Assembly: GCA_965204095.1 (NCBI GenBank)
Contig: OZ241991.1
Location: forward strand, 2,576,290-2,640,289
Direction of reading: 5' to 3'
Origin: Bryobacterales bacterium
GTDB lineage: Bacteria; Acidobacteriota; Terriglobia; Bryobacterales; UBA6623
Length of the DNA: 64,000 nucleotides
Part shown: piece by piece, positions 36,535 through 45,318 of the stretch
How the letters are laid out: every line of letters starts with the position of its first letter
Numbering within the stretch: position 1 is the stretch's first letter
Notes under the pieces: generated by a model
Told to the model about the DNA's origin: nothing
What the model saw: only the letters and a program-made list of their open reading frames with translations
The model's database searches: none
Translations under genes and position numbers: made by a program

Positions 36535-38160
36535 ATGCACCTGCCGTTGACCCCGATCCGCTTTCTGCTTTGGGCGGCTGACGAATACGGCGACAAGGTC
36601 GGGGTCGTCGACGGAGACAAGCGCTTCACCTACCGGCAGTTCCTTGACCGCGCGGCGCGGCTCAGCGCCGCTGTTCAGAGCCTGGGTGTCGAGGCCGGCG
36701 ACCGCGTGGCGACGCTGAGCTTCAACTGTCACCCGCTGCTGGAAGCCTATTACGGCATCCCGATGGCGCGGGCGATCCTGCTCTCGCTGAATGTCCGTCT
36801 TGCCGCCGAAGAGCAAGCGTACATTCTGGAGCACTCCGGGGCGAAAGTGGCGATTTTCGATCCGGAGTTCCTGCCCCTCGTTGATGAACTGCGTAAAAGC
36901 CGTCCCGGAATGCGCTGGATCCCGCTGTACGCGCCGCCGAACCCGCCTTCCTGGGTTCATTCGCAAACTTATGAGGAACTGCTGGCATCCGCCTCGCACG
37001 AGCCGATCGATTTCACGACGTACGACGAGAACGTGATCGCCGAGCTGTTTTACACGAGCGGCAGCACGGGACGCCCCAAGGGCGTGATGCTCAGCCACCG
37101 CACGCTTTTTTTACATGCGCTTACTGCGCTGATCGGCATCTACCGCCGCGGAGAAAAGCGGCCGGCGGACCAGCAGGTCGAGCTCCATACCATACCGCTG
37201 TTCCACGCCAACGGCTGGGGCAAGGCGCACACCGTCACCCTCACGGGGGGCCGCCACGTCATGGTCAAGCGTTTCGAGCCCGCCCAAGTGTTGGCGCTCA
37301 TCGAGCGGGAGAAAGTCACCGGCCTGTGCGCCGTCCCGACGATGGCTACGGCGCTTGTGAACTGTCCCGAACTGGACCGCTATGATCTGTCCAGCCTCGA
37401 AGAGATCATGATCGGCGGCGCGGCGTCCTCGCCCTCGCTCATAGCAGAGACGGAAGAGAAACTGAAGTGTAGAGTATTGGCTGGGTACGGACTCACCGAA
37501 ACCTCGCCCGTCGCCATGATCGCCCACATCAAGGACACGCTCGGAAACGTCTCGGACGAGGAACGCATCCGCCGGCAGGCCATGACCGGGTTCTCTTTCC
37601 CCGGCGTCGAGACCCGTGTGGCCGACCCTGCCGGAAGCGATGTCCCGAAAGACATGCGGACGATGGGCGAAATTCTCTTCCGCGGTGACCTCGTCATGGA
37701 CGGCTACTGGAACGAGCCCGAAGCGACCGCCGAGACCGTCCGCGACAACTGGCTCCACACCGGAGACATCGCCGTCTGGGACGAGCATAACTACTTCCTG
37801 ATCGTCGACCGCCAAAAGGACGTGATCATTAGCGGCGGAGAAAACATCTCCTCCCTTGAAATCGAGAAGGTCATCGTCGCCCACCCGGCCGTGTACGAAA
37901 CGGCAGTCGTCGCGGTGCCGGATGAGAAGTGGGGCGAGGCGCCGAAAGCCTATGTCGTGCTCAAGCCCGGCGCATCGGCCACGGAGGACGAAATACGAGA
38001 CCACGTCCGCAAGCACCTGGCTGGTTTCAAGGTGCCGCGGACGGTTGCGTTCGAGGCGGAGCTTCCCAAGGGAGCGACAGGCAAGATCCTCAAGCGGGCG
38101 CTGCGCGACCCACACTGGGAGGGCATGGAGAAGCACGTACACGGCAGTGGCCGGAGTTAG
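36535..38160 (+). CDS. AMP-dependent acyl-CoA synthetase/ligase (fatty-acid-CoA ligase-like)
   Basis: It has the AMP-binding motif YTSGSTGRPKGV, plus GYGLTE and the late motifs ..TGDIA.. and GKILKR. AGGAG lies 9 nt before ATG 36535. Confidence 0.9.
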   Translation: MHLPLTPIRFLLWAADEYGDKVGVVDGDKRFTYRQFLDRAARLSAAVQSLGVEAGDRVATLSFNCHPLLEAYYGIPMARAILLSLNVRLAAEEQAYILEHSGAKVAIFDPEFLPLVDELRKSRPGMRWIPLYAPPNPPSWVHSQTYEELLASASHEPIDFTTYDENVIAELFYTSGSTGRPKGVMLSHRTLFLHALTALIGIYRRGEKRPADQQVELHTIPLFHANGWGKAHTVTLTGGRHVMVKRFEPAQVLALIEREKVTGLCAVPTMATALVNCPELDRYDLSSLEEIMIGGAASSPSLIAETEEKLKCRVLAGYGLTETSPVAMIAHIKDTLGNVSDEERIRRQAMTGFSFPGVETRVADPAGSDVPKDMRTMGEILFRGDLVMDGYWNEPEATAETVRDNWLHTGDIAVWDEHNYFLIVDRQKDVIISGGENISSLEIEKVIVAHPAVYETAVVAVPDEKWGEAPKAYVVLKPGASATEDEIRDHVRKHLAGFKVPRTVAFEAELPKGATGKILKRALRDPHWEGMEKHVHGSGRS

Positions 38161-38186
38161 CATTGTTTTGCGAATGAACTGAGTCG

Positions 38187-38864
38187 ATGTCCTCCGCCGA
38201 CGTACCCGCAGACCCTTTGCTCGATGCTCTTTGGAGCAAGGGGCTCATTCTGATCGGAGAGCGCGTGAGGCGTGAATACGCACTGCGGACGCCGATTTTC
38301 ATCGACCTGCGCCACAAGCTGTATGACGATCTTGACTTGTTAGGGCTGCTTGGCGCGGCGCTTCACGGCGAACTCGTGCGCATCCTGCACACTGACTCCG
38401 GGCCGGCCATAGCGCGTCAACAAGTCATCGGAATTCCGGATACCGCAACGCCGATCGCCCTTTCCCTGGCTTTGCAATCACAACCGACGGCTCTGCCCGT
38501 TGCTTACGGTCAGTTGCGCAAACAGCCTGCCACCTATCCCGGGGGTGAGTGGGGGATGAGCGCCTACATGGGTACGTGCGACGACACCCGTGAGATCACG
38601 TTGATCGATGACGTGATGGCGTCGGGCCGCACGAAGCTGTGGGCGATCGATGAGTTGAAGAAAGACGGCCTCGAGGTGAAGCGCATCCTGGTCGTGGTCG
38701 ACCGTGAGCAAGGGGGCGATCGAATCCTCTCGGAGCGCGGCTACCCGGTGCACTGTCTCTACAGGGTCTCGGCGCTGATCGAGTACTACCGAGCCAGCGA
38801 CCGCATCGACGCCCCCACGGCCGCCGCGGCTCTCCAACACGTTCAAGCCAAACGGTTCTCCTGA
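38187..38864 (+). CDS. pyrE: Orotate phosphoribosyltransferase-like PRTase
   Basis: It has the PRPP-binding loop ITLIDDVMASGRT. The N-terminal ..RTPIFIDLR.. resembles the OPRT domain of UMP synthase-type enzymes. Confidence 0.65.
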   Translation: MSSADVPADPLLDALWSKGLILIGERVRREYALRTPIFIDLRHKLYDDLDLLGLLGAALHGELVRILHTDSGPAIARQQVIGIPDTATPIALSLALQSQPTALPVAYGQLRKQPATYPGGEWGMSAYMGTCDDTREITLIDDVMASGRTKLWAIDELKKDGLEVKRILVVVDREQGGDRILSERGYPVHCLYRVSALIEYYRASDRIDAPTAAAALQHVQAKRFS

Positions 38865-39097
38865 CCTGCAGCGTACCCCTATGCAGGCAGCGTTGACACC
38901 AACCCGAAGAGTTCCTCTTTCAGGGTCCACAACCGGGCGGAACAAACCCCTGGGAGCGCGCGGGTGCCCTCTGGGCGCCTGCCCGCCTCTCCGCATGATC
39001 CGCAGGCAGGCGAATGAAAAGCGAACCCGTAACATCGTCCGAATCAAGCAGCCATGACGCCGATCCGGATGTTTCTTGCTTGAATGATCCGCACCGC

Positions 39098-39282
39098 CTA
39101 GCCTGCATTTCTCACCACGCGGCGAGGCGAAGTGCGTGAGAGGGCCGTCAGGACGAGGCGCGCGCCGCTTGGCGCGCGCAGGCGTACTTGAACAGTACGT
39201 TGAGCACGGCAAGCAAGCGCAACGAAGTCCTGGCGGTCGTATGGCGTGCTTCGGCCGTCGGGTGGTGAGAAAGGCAGGCTAG
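39098..39282. repeat. MITE-like palindromic element, archetypal full-length copy (185 bp)
   Basis: The ends are ctagcctgcatttctcaccac...ggtggtgagaaaggcaggctag. The conserved core is ggcgaggcgaagtgcgtgagagggccgtcaggacgaggcgcg. Confidence 0.85.
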
Positions 39283-39317
39283 CGGGGCGCGGGCGGCACT
39301 GACCTGTAACCTGCTGG

Positions 39318-42050
39318 CTAACGCCGCAGTTCTTCTTCCACCGCCGTCAGTTCCTCAACCAGGCCCTCGGCTTGGCGCCGGAGTTGCCGAAGCCGTGAAG
39401 CAAGCGCTCGAAGTCGGCTCGCAGCGGCCGGCGCTGGGGACCGCTGAGCCCTGGTCGAAGAAGGATCCTCGGCGGCGGTCGGCTGTTCTCGGAAGTCCGC
39501 CATCGATATGCCTCCGCCCAGCATCGAGAGAGCTTCTTCAAAGGTGTCTTCATAGATCAGACGGTTCCCGATGGCGAGTACGACTTTCCGTAACTGCGGC
39601 ATACGGGCCGAGTCTGCCTGAATGTAAATCGACTCGACATAGAGAAAGTTGTCGTCAACCGGCAGAGCGATCATGTCGCCTCGCAGGACTCGCGAGCCCT
39701 GCTGGCCCCACAGGGTCAGATCCTTGGCAATGTCCTGGTCCTGATCGATACGCGCCTCGATCTGGCTCGGCCCGAATACCAGCTCCTGTTTCGACAGTTG
39801 GAAAAAGATCAATTCGCCGAGTTTATCGCCGTCGCAGCGGGCCGCCATCCACCCGATCAGATTGGGACGGCTCCGCGGCGTGAACGGCAGCATCAACAAG
39901 AACTCCGGCTGCGACTCTCCCGGAACCGTAGCCACGATATAGGTCGGACGCATCGGAGCGGGCGTGTTCGTATCACCGGCGAGGCTCTGCGCGACATCCC
40001 AAACGTCCTCTTTGCTGTAGAAGACTTCGGGATCCCGCATATGGAACGTGCGATAGATCTCAGCCTGCACCTGGAACATCAACTCCGGGTACCGTACGTG
40101 CTGGCGCAGCGAGGCCGGCATCTCGGCCTCGTCATGGAACAGGGCGGGAAACAGTGCGCGATAGATCTGCAGGATGGGGTCCGCACTCTCGAACTCGTAG
40201 ATCTTCGTCTCGCCGTTATAGGCGTCGACCGTCGCTTTCACCGCATTACGGACGTAGTTGGTGTTTTCCCCGAAAGCCGAGACGTTGACGTGAGCCGAGT
40301 AAGGATGCGTGTTCGATGAGGTGTAGCCGTCGACGATCCACACCAGCCGGCCTTCATCGGTGATCACAAGGTAAGGATCCGGCTCCCAATGGATGAACGG
40401 AGCGATGTGCTCCAATCGCGCCCGCACGTCGCGGTAGATCATCATGCGGCTGTTTTCATTCATCTGGCCGGTCAGGACGATGTTGTACTCTCCTGTGGAG
40501 ATTGAGGCCGCCAGGCGCAACAGTAGCGAGCTGATCGGGAACCCGCCGGTCCCCTCGTAGGTGGAGTAGATGTTCTCGACACCCGACGGATAGTCGAACT
40601 CCTGCTCGTCTGTCGAGACGAATACCGAAGAATCCGTGAACTCGCCGTAGTAGATCTCGGGCCGGCTCAGGGTCAGATCTTCCGTTTTCACTACTGGCGG
40701 CGCGTCTTGGATCAGCAGAACCGGCAATCCGTCGTCAGTCGTACGATTGACTTCCGACATGACGACTCCGTAACCGTGGGTGTAGATCAGGTTGCGGCTC
40801 ACCCAACTGTCACGAGCTTCTCCCGGCAACTGCGTCACGTCGATTTCGCGGGGCGACAACAGGATCTGCTTGATCTTGCCGTTGATGATGTAGCGATCGA
40901 TGTCGACGTCGGGAAATTGGTAATAGGGGCGCAAGGCCTGGATCTGCGTGATGGTGTCATTGAACGCGCGCACGTCCCACAGCCGGATGTTGTCCACCAA
41001 TGTGCCGTGTGCTGAGACATCGATTTCTTCAACCTGCGACGACTGAAACGACTGTTCCGTGGCCCGGGTGGCCAGCCCGAAAGCCTGGATCGTCGCCTCG
41101 ATATGCCGCCCGATATAGGGTTTTTCGAGCTCCAGCTCGTTCGGTTGCACCCACAACCTGCGAACCACTTCGGGAAGCACCATATTGGCGATGAGAGAAC
41201 CGGCGAGCAAGCCTACAGCCAGCCGCAACTTCATCCTGGTAACCAACGGAATGCTCACCAGCGCCGCGGCGATCACCACCCAGCGCAAAGGCAGCGTCAC
41301 GTTTTCGTCGACGTAGTCCATGCCGGTCAAGACCGGATGCTGGTTCATGAGCAGGCTGTAGCGTCCGAGGTAGAACCACAGCGCCACGGACGTCAAACCG
41401 ATGCCGGCAAGAATCTTCGCGAAGCTCGTCCGAGTGGCTCCGGGCAGCAGCAGCGGGCTGGGTCCGGGATCGAATTCTTCCACCGAACCTCCCCCGGCGC
41501 GAAACTGCTTGAGTTTGTCGAAGAGTTGCCACCCGCGCCCCGACGCCCAGAAAACGAGACTTGAGAACACCGCGACGACGAATACGAAGCGCAGTAATTG
41601 CGTGTAAAAGGGAAGCTGGAAGAGATAAAACGGCAGTTCCTCGTTGAAGACAGGGTCCGTCCACATCTGCGCGTCGAAGTCGGCGATCAGTGAGCCAACG
41701 AACGCCATGACTTTCTGTGAGTCGACTCCGGTGCCGATGAATACGACGGCTACCACCAGCAGCGCCACCATCACAATTCGCCGGTAGAGGCTGTTTTGCG
41801 CTTCGTGAACACCAGCGAAACGCAAGCCTTTGCTGTGCGCCCAAAGCAACGACAGCCAGGCGACGATCGACCCCACGACGACGGGCAGGATCTGGTAGAG
41901 CAGCATGGTGTACCACGTCGAGAGTTGCTCGACCTCGCTCCACCATTGGTATTCGATCACCAACTCCGAGAACGTCCTCGAACCAGCGAGAAGCATCAGG
42001 ACTAGAGCGATCAGAACGAAAATTCGGATTTGAGAGGTTTGCATAGCCAT
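39318..42050 (-). CDS. Large integral membrane protein, UPF0182 (COG1615)-like
   Basis: The product is 910 aa, with ~7 N-terminal TM helices followed by a large soluble region. Size and layout fit UPF0182; the family call is from memory. Confidence 0.6.
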   Translation of the reverse strand: MAMQTSQIRIFVLIALVLMLLAGSRTFSELVIEYQWWSEVEQLSTWYTMLLYQILPVVVGSIVAWLSLLWAHSKGLRFAGVHEAQNSLYRRIVMVALLVVAVVFIGTGVDSQKVMAFVGSLIADFDAQMWTDPVFNEELPFYLFQLPFYTQLLRFVFVVAVFSSLVFWASGRGWQLFDKLKQFRAGGGSVEEFDPGPSPLLLPGATRTSFAKILAGIGLTSVALWFYLGRYSLLMNQHPVLTGMDYVDENVTLPLRWVVIAAALVSIPLVTRMKLRLAVGLLAGSLIANMVLPEVVRRLWVQPNELELEKPYIGRHIEATIQAFGLATRATEQSFQSSQVEEIDVSAHGTLVDNIRLWDVRAFNDTITQIQALRPYYQFPDVDIDRYIINGKIKQILLSPREIDVTQLPGEARDSWVSRNLIYTHGYGVVMSEVNRTTDDGLPVLLIQDAPPVVKTEDLTLSRPEIYYGEFTDSSVFVSTDEQEFDYPSGVENIYSTYEGTGGFPISSLLLRLAASISTGEYNIVLTGQMNENSRMMIYRDVRARLEHIAPFIHWEPDPYLVITDEGRLVWIVDGYTSSNTHPYSAHVNVSAFGENTNYVRNAVKATVDAYNGETKIYEFESADPILQIYRALFPALFHDEAEMPASLRQHVRYPELMFQVQAEIYRTFHMRDPEVFYSKEDVWDVAQSLAGDTNTPAPMRPTYIVATVPGESQPEFLLMLPFTPRSRPNLIGWMAARCDGDKLGELIFFQLSKQELVFGPSQIEARIDQDQDIAKDLTLWGQQGSRVLRGDMIALPVDDNFLYVESIYIQADSARMPQLRKVVLAIGNRLIYEDTFEEALSMLGGGISMADFREQPTAAEDPSSTRAQRSPAPAAASRLRALASRLRQLRRQAEGLVEELTAVEEELRR

Positions 42051-42151
42051 GCTTGCGGCGCTCCTAAGGACACCGCATCGCCCTAGTGTAACTGCTCGGT
42101 GAAAACAAAGGTCTGGGACGGCTGCTGTCGTCCGCCCAAACGAGGTCCAAG

Positions 42152-42321
42152 CCTGTATTTGTCACCACGCGGCGAGGCGAAGTGCGTGAGAGGGCCGTCA
42201 GGATGAGGCGCGAGCCGCTTGGCGCGCGCAACGCGGCCTTTAAGGTTTTTCACGAATCACGAGACACGAATCACGGCCTTTTTATCGTGTGCTTCGACCG
42301 TCGGGTAGCGAGAAGTGCAGG
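42152..42321. repeat. MITE-like palindromic element with an internal CACGA-heptamer module, degenerate termini
   Basis: The sequence runs cctgtatttgtcaccacgcggcgaggcgaagtgcgtgagagggccgtcagga...cacgaatcacgagacacgaatcacgg...gggtagcgagaagtgcagg. It ends directly at the pyrC stop codon. Confidence 0.8.
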
Positions 42322-43617
42322 TTAGGCGGCAACAGCGACCGGTGCCTGCCAAACAGTTTTGCCCGCGACGATGGTGGCTACCGGGCCGCCTCGGAACCTG
42401 CGGCCGTGGAAGGGGGAGTTCTTGCTCTTCGACTGCGACTCGTTCACGTCGAAGACCCATTCACGGCTCGTGCTGAACAACGTCACATCGCCGGGTCCGC
42501 CTACGAACAGCCTGCCGCGATCGAGACCGATCACACGCGCCGGACCGGTCGTGAAAAGCTCCACCATGTGCTTGAGGCTGATCTCGCCCGGATACACCAG
42601 CTCTTCTAGAGTCAGCGCGATCGCCGTCTCGAGGCCTGTCACGCCGAACGGGCAGCGCTCGAGTTCCTGCATCTTCATGTTGCCCGTGTGCGGTGCATGG
42701 TCCGTCGCGATTGCATCGATCACGCCGTCAACGATCCCTTCGATCACTGCCTGCTTGTCAATGTGGCCCCTCAGGGGGGGCTTCATCTTGTAGTTGCCGT
42801 CATAGCCGGCGATGTCGGAGTCGGTGAGCGCGAAGTGATGGGGGGTGACTTCGCTGGTCACACGGATGCCGAGACGGCGTGCCTGACGCACCATCTCGAT
42901 CGCATTGCGCGTTGAAATGTGGGCGATGTGAACCGCGCCTCCGGTCACTTCGCTGAGGATGATGTCTCGCGCGACCATCACGTCCTCAGAGCAGCCTGGG
43001 ATCCCTCGCAGGCCCAATCGGACGGACTGGGCGCCTTCATGGATATCGCCGCTCATGCTGAGGTTGAGGTCTTCGCAGTGATCGATGACGGTCAGGCCGA
43101 ACGACGCGGCATACTCCATGGCGCGGCGCATCACTCGCGAGTTCATCACCGGCAGGCCGTCGTCGGAGATGGCCACGATGCCTGCCTTCTTCATCGCTCC
43201 GATCTCCGCTAGCTGTTCGCCCTTGCTGCCTTTCGTGATGGCCCCGATCGGGAACACGTTGACGATGGCGGTATGTCGGGCCCGCTCGACGATGAAACTC
43301 GTCACGGTCGGGCTGTCGTTGACGGGAATCGTGTTCGGCATGCAGCAGACGGACGTGAAACCGCCCGCGGCGGCCGCCTTGGCGCCCGTCTCGATCGTTT
43401 CCGCATGCTCGATTCCCGGCTCGCGCAAGTGAACGTGGATGTCGAGAAAACCCGGCGCCACAAAGCAGTCGCCGGCATCGACGACGTCCGCATCCGCTGC
43501 TTCGATGCGAGGCTCGATCGCCGCCACGCGGCCGTCTTCGATCAGGACGTCGCGCCGCTCGTCAATACCCGAAGAAGGTTCGATCAAGTGGCCATCCTTG
43601 ATCAGCAGGCGGCTCAT
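42322..43617 (-). CDS. pyrC: Dihydroorotase
   Basis: The N-terminus is MSRLLIKDGHLIEP..DVLIEDGRVAAI, followed by the DIHVHLREPG metal motif. An alternative start lies at 43644. Confidence 0.9.
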   Translation of the reverse strand: MSRLLIKDGHLIEPSSGIDERRDVLIEDGRVAAIEPRIEAADADVVDAGDCFVAPGFLDIHVHLREPGIEHAETIETGAKAAAAGGFTSVCCMPNTIPVNDSPTVTSFIVERARHTAIVNVFPIGAITKGSKGEQLAEIGAMKKAGIVAISDDGLPVMNSRVMRRAMEYAASFGLTVIDHCEDLNLSMSGDIHEGAQSVRLGLRGIPGCSEDVMVARDIILSEVTGGAVHIAHISTRNAIEMVRQARRLGIRVTSEVTPHHFALTDSDIAGYDGNYKMKPPLRGHIDKQAVIEGIVDGVIDAIATDHAPHTGNMKMQELERCPFGVTGLETAIALTLEELVYPGEISLKHMVELFTTGPARVIGLDRGRLFVGGPGDVTLFSTSREWVFDVNESQSKSKNSPFHGRRFRGGPVATIVAGKTVWQAPVAVAA

Positions 43618-43630
43618 CTCTTGCTCGGCC

Positions 43631-44599
43631 TCAACAATCTCCACACACCTTCTCGAGGACGGCCATCCGAATCGCGACGCCGTTCTCCACCTGGTTCAGG
43701 ATGACCGATCGCGGCGAATCGGCAACCTCGGACGAGATCTCGCGTCCCCGGTTGATCGGACCAGGATGCATCACGATGGCATCCGGTTTGGCGCGCTGGA
43801 AATGTTCCCATTGCAGACCGTAGAACTGAAAGTACTCGTTCTTGGGGAAGTTCAAGACGTTCTGCCGCTCGAGCTGCACGCGGAGCATCATGATCACGTC
43901 GGCATCCGTGATCGCTTCCACGATGTCGTTGGTCAACAGAATTCCGGGCGCCAGTTCCGCCAGGGGCAGAGGGAGCATCGTGGCCGGTCCGCACAAAACG
44001 ATATCCGCTCCGAACTTGGAAAGCAGGTACACGTTCGAGCGGGCTACGCGGCTGTGTCCCACGTCGCCGATAATCACGACCCGCAACCCCTCCAGAGTGG
44101 GACGGTAATCGAGAATCGTCAGTGCATCCAGCAGCGCCTGCGTAGGGTGCTCGTGCTGCCCGTCGCCGGCGTTGATGATCGGTGTCGACAGGAACCGTGA
44201 GAGAAACTGCGGCGCGCCCGATGCCGAGTGGCGCATCACGATGGTGTCGGGCAGCATCGCGGCAAGAGTATTGAGCGTGTCGACGAGTGACTCGCCCTTC
44301 GACAAGCTCGATCCCTCGCCGGAGATCGAAATCGTGTCCGCGCCGAGGCGTTTGGCGGCGATCTCGAAACTGGCCCGCGTCCGTGTAGAAGGCTCGAAAA
44401 AGAGGTTTACAATCGACTTGCCGCGGAGAGTGTCGAGCTTCTTGGCGCTTTCCCCCGGCTTGCGCTTGTGATAATGCCCGCGATCGAGCAGCCATTGAAT
44501 CTCGTCGCGCTCGAGCGTTTCGATTCCCAGCAAGCCGCGCCGCGCCGCGCTCGGGATCGGTTCCGGCGGCATCGTTGTCCTGACAGCCGAGGAACTCAT
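43631..44599 (-). CDS. pyrB: Aspartate carbamoyltransferase catalytic subunit
   Basis: It has FFEPSTRTRASFE, HPTQ, and the HPGP(I)NRG motifs. Confidence 0.95.
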   Translation of the reverse strand: MSSSAVRTTMPPEPIPSAARRGLLGIETLERDEIQWLLDRGHYHKRKPGESAKKLDTLRGKSIVNLFFEPSTRTRASFEIAAKRLGADTISISGEGSSLSKGESLVDTLNTLAAMLPDTIVMRHSASGAPQFLSRFLSTPIINAGDGQHEHPTQALLDALTILDYRPTLEGLRVVIIGDVGHSRVARSNVYLLSKFGADIVLCGPATMLPLPLAELAPGILLTNDIVEAITDADVIMMLRVQLERQNVLNFPKNEYFQFYGLQWEHFQRAKPDAIVMHPGPINRGREISSEVADSPRSVILNQVENGVAIRMAVLEKVCGDC

Positions 44600-44758
44600 A
44601 CCGCCTCGATCCTCTCCATCAACAGCACCCGCTCTTCGCCGTCAAGGGATTCTACTGTACTTTCGATGATTTCGTGTCCTGACAGCACCTGCGATCGATC
44701 GATTTCCGGGCCGTTCCTCAACTGCGCTTTCGTCCGGGTTCGGCTCACCGGGCGCTGG

Positions 44759-44934
44759 CCTGCGTGTCTCACCACTTGGCGAAACGAAGTGCGTGAGAGG
44801 GCCGTCGGGACGAGGCGCGCGCCGCTTGGCGCGCGCAGGCGTACTCGAACAGTACGTTGAGCACGGCAAGCAAGTGCAACGAAGTCCTGGCGGTCCTATC
44901 GTGTGCTTCGGCCGTCGGGTGGTGAGACATGCAG
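44759..44934. repeat. MITE-like palindromic element
   Basis: The sequence runs cctgcgtgtctcaccacttggcgaaacgaagtgcgtgagagggccgtcggg...gtgcttcggccgtcgggtggtgagacatgcag. Confidence 0.85.
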
Positions 44935-45318
44935 ACTAATCGACATTTACGATATCACACCGATGCAGCCGCTCAGCCCCCCCGCATGGCTCCTTGTCTG
45001 TTTCCCGCCCGGAACTCCAATCTGAGCGGTCCCGGTTGTGTTGGTTACGGCCGTGTTTCCGGAACCGCGCCGTCGCCGTCATCGGCCGGCAAGATGCAGT
45101 ATGGTAAGAAAAAAGGCCCAAAGAGGCTCTTGCCGCGGCTTGACGCGGCTCTGAAACCGACCGGTTGTCTCTCTCCGGACGCGGCTTGACGCAGAACAAA
45201 GCCGGCCCGTAGCGCACGGAGTTAAAACCCGACTGTCTGCCCTCCTCACGTGTGATCCAGGGTTGCTGGACCCCCCGATGGGCGACTCTTCAGCACGACC
45301 CTCGGATCGGAAAACACC

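Noticed and set aside
38478-39212. Recurrent peptide MPCSTYCSSTPARAKRRAPRPDGPLTHF.. (also in 44642..44869, 53152..53367 and 51170..51388), which might suggest a small gene family.
   Set aside because: It is the translation of the palindromic element. Copies are truncated at different points, frames are not preserved, there is no RBS, and the elements occur in both orientations at gene ends.
44600-44758. PyrR-type attenuator or a pyrR gene upstream of pyrB, and a promoter call (TAGAAT, TTGACG hexamers).
   Set aside because: No pyrR ORF or recognisable PyrR binding loop is present. The hexamers lack properly spaced partners, so no promoter is claimed.
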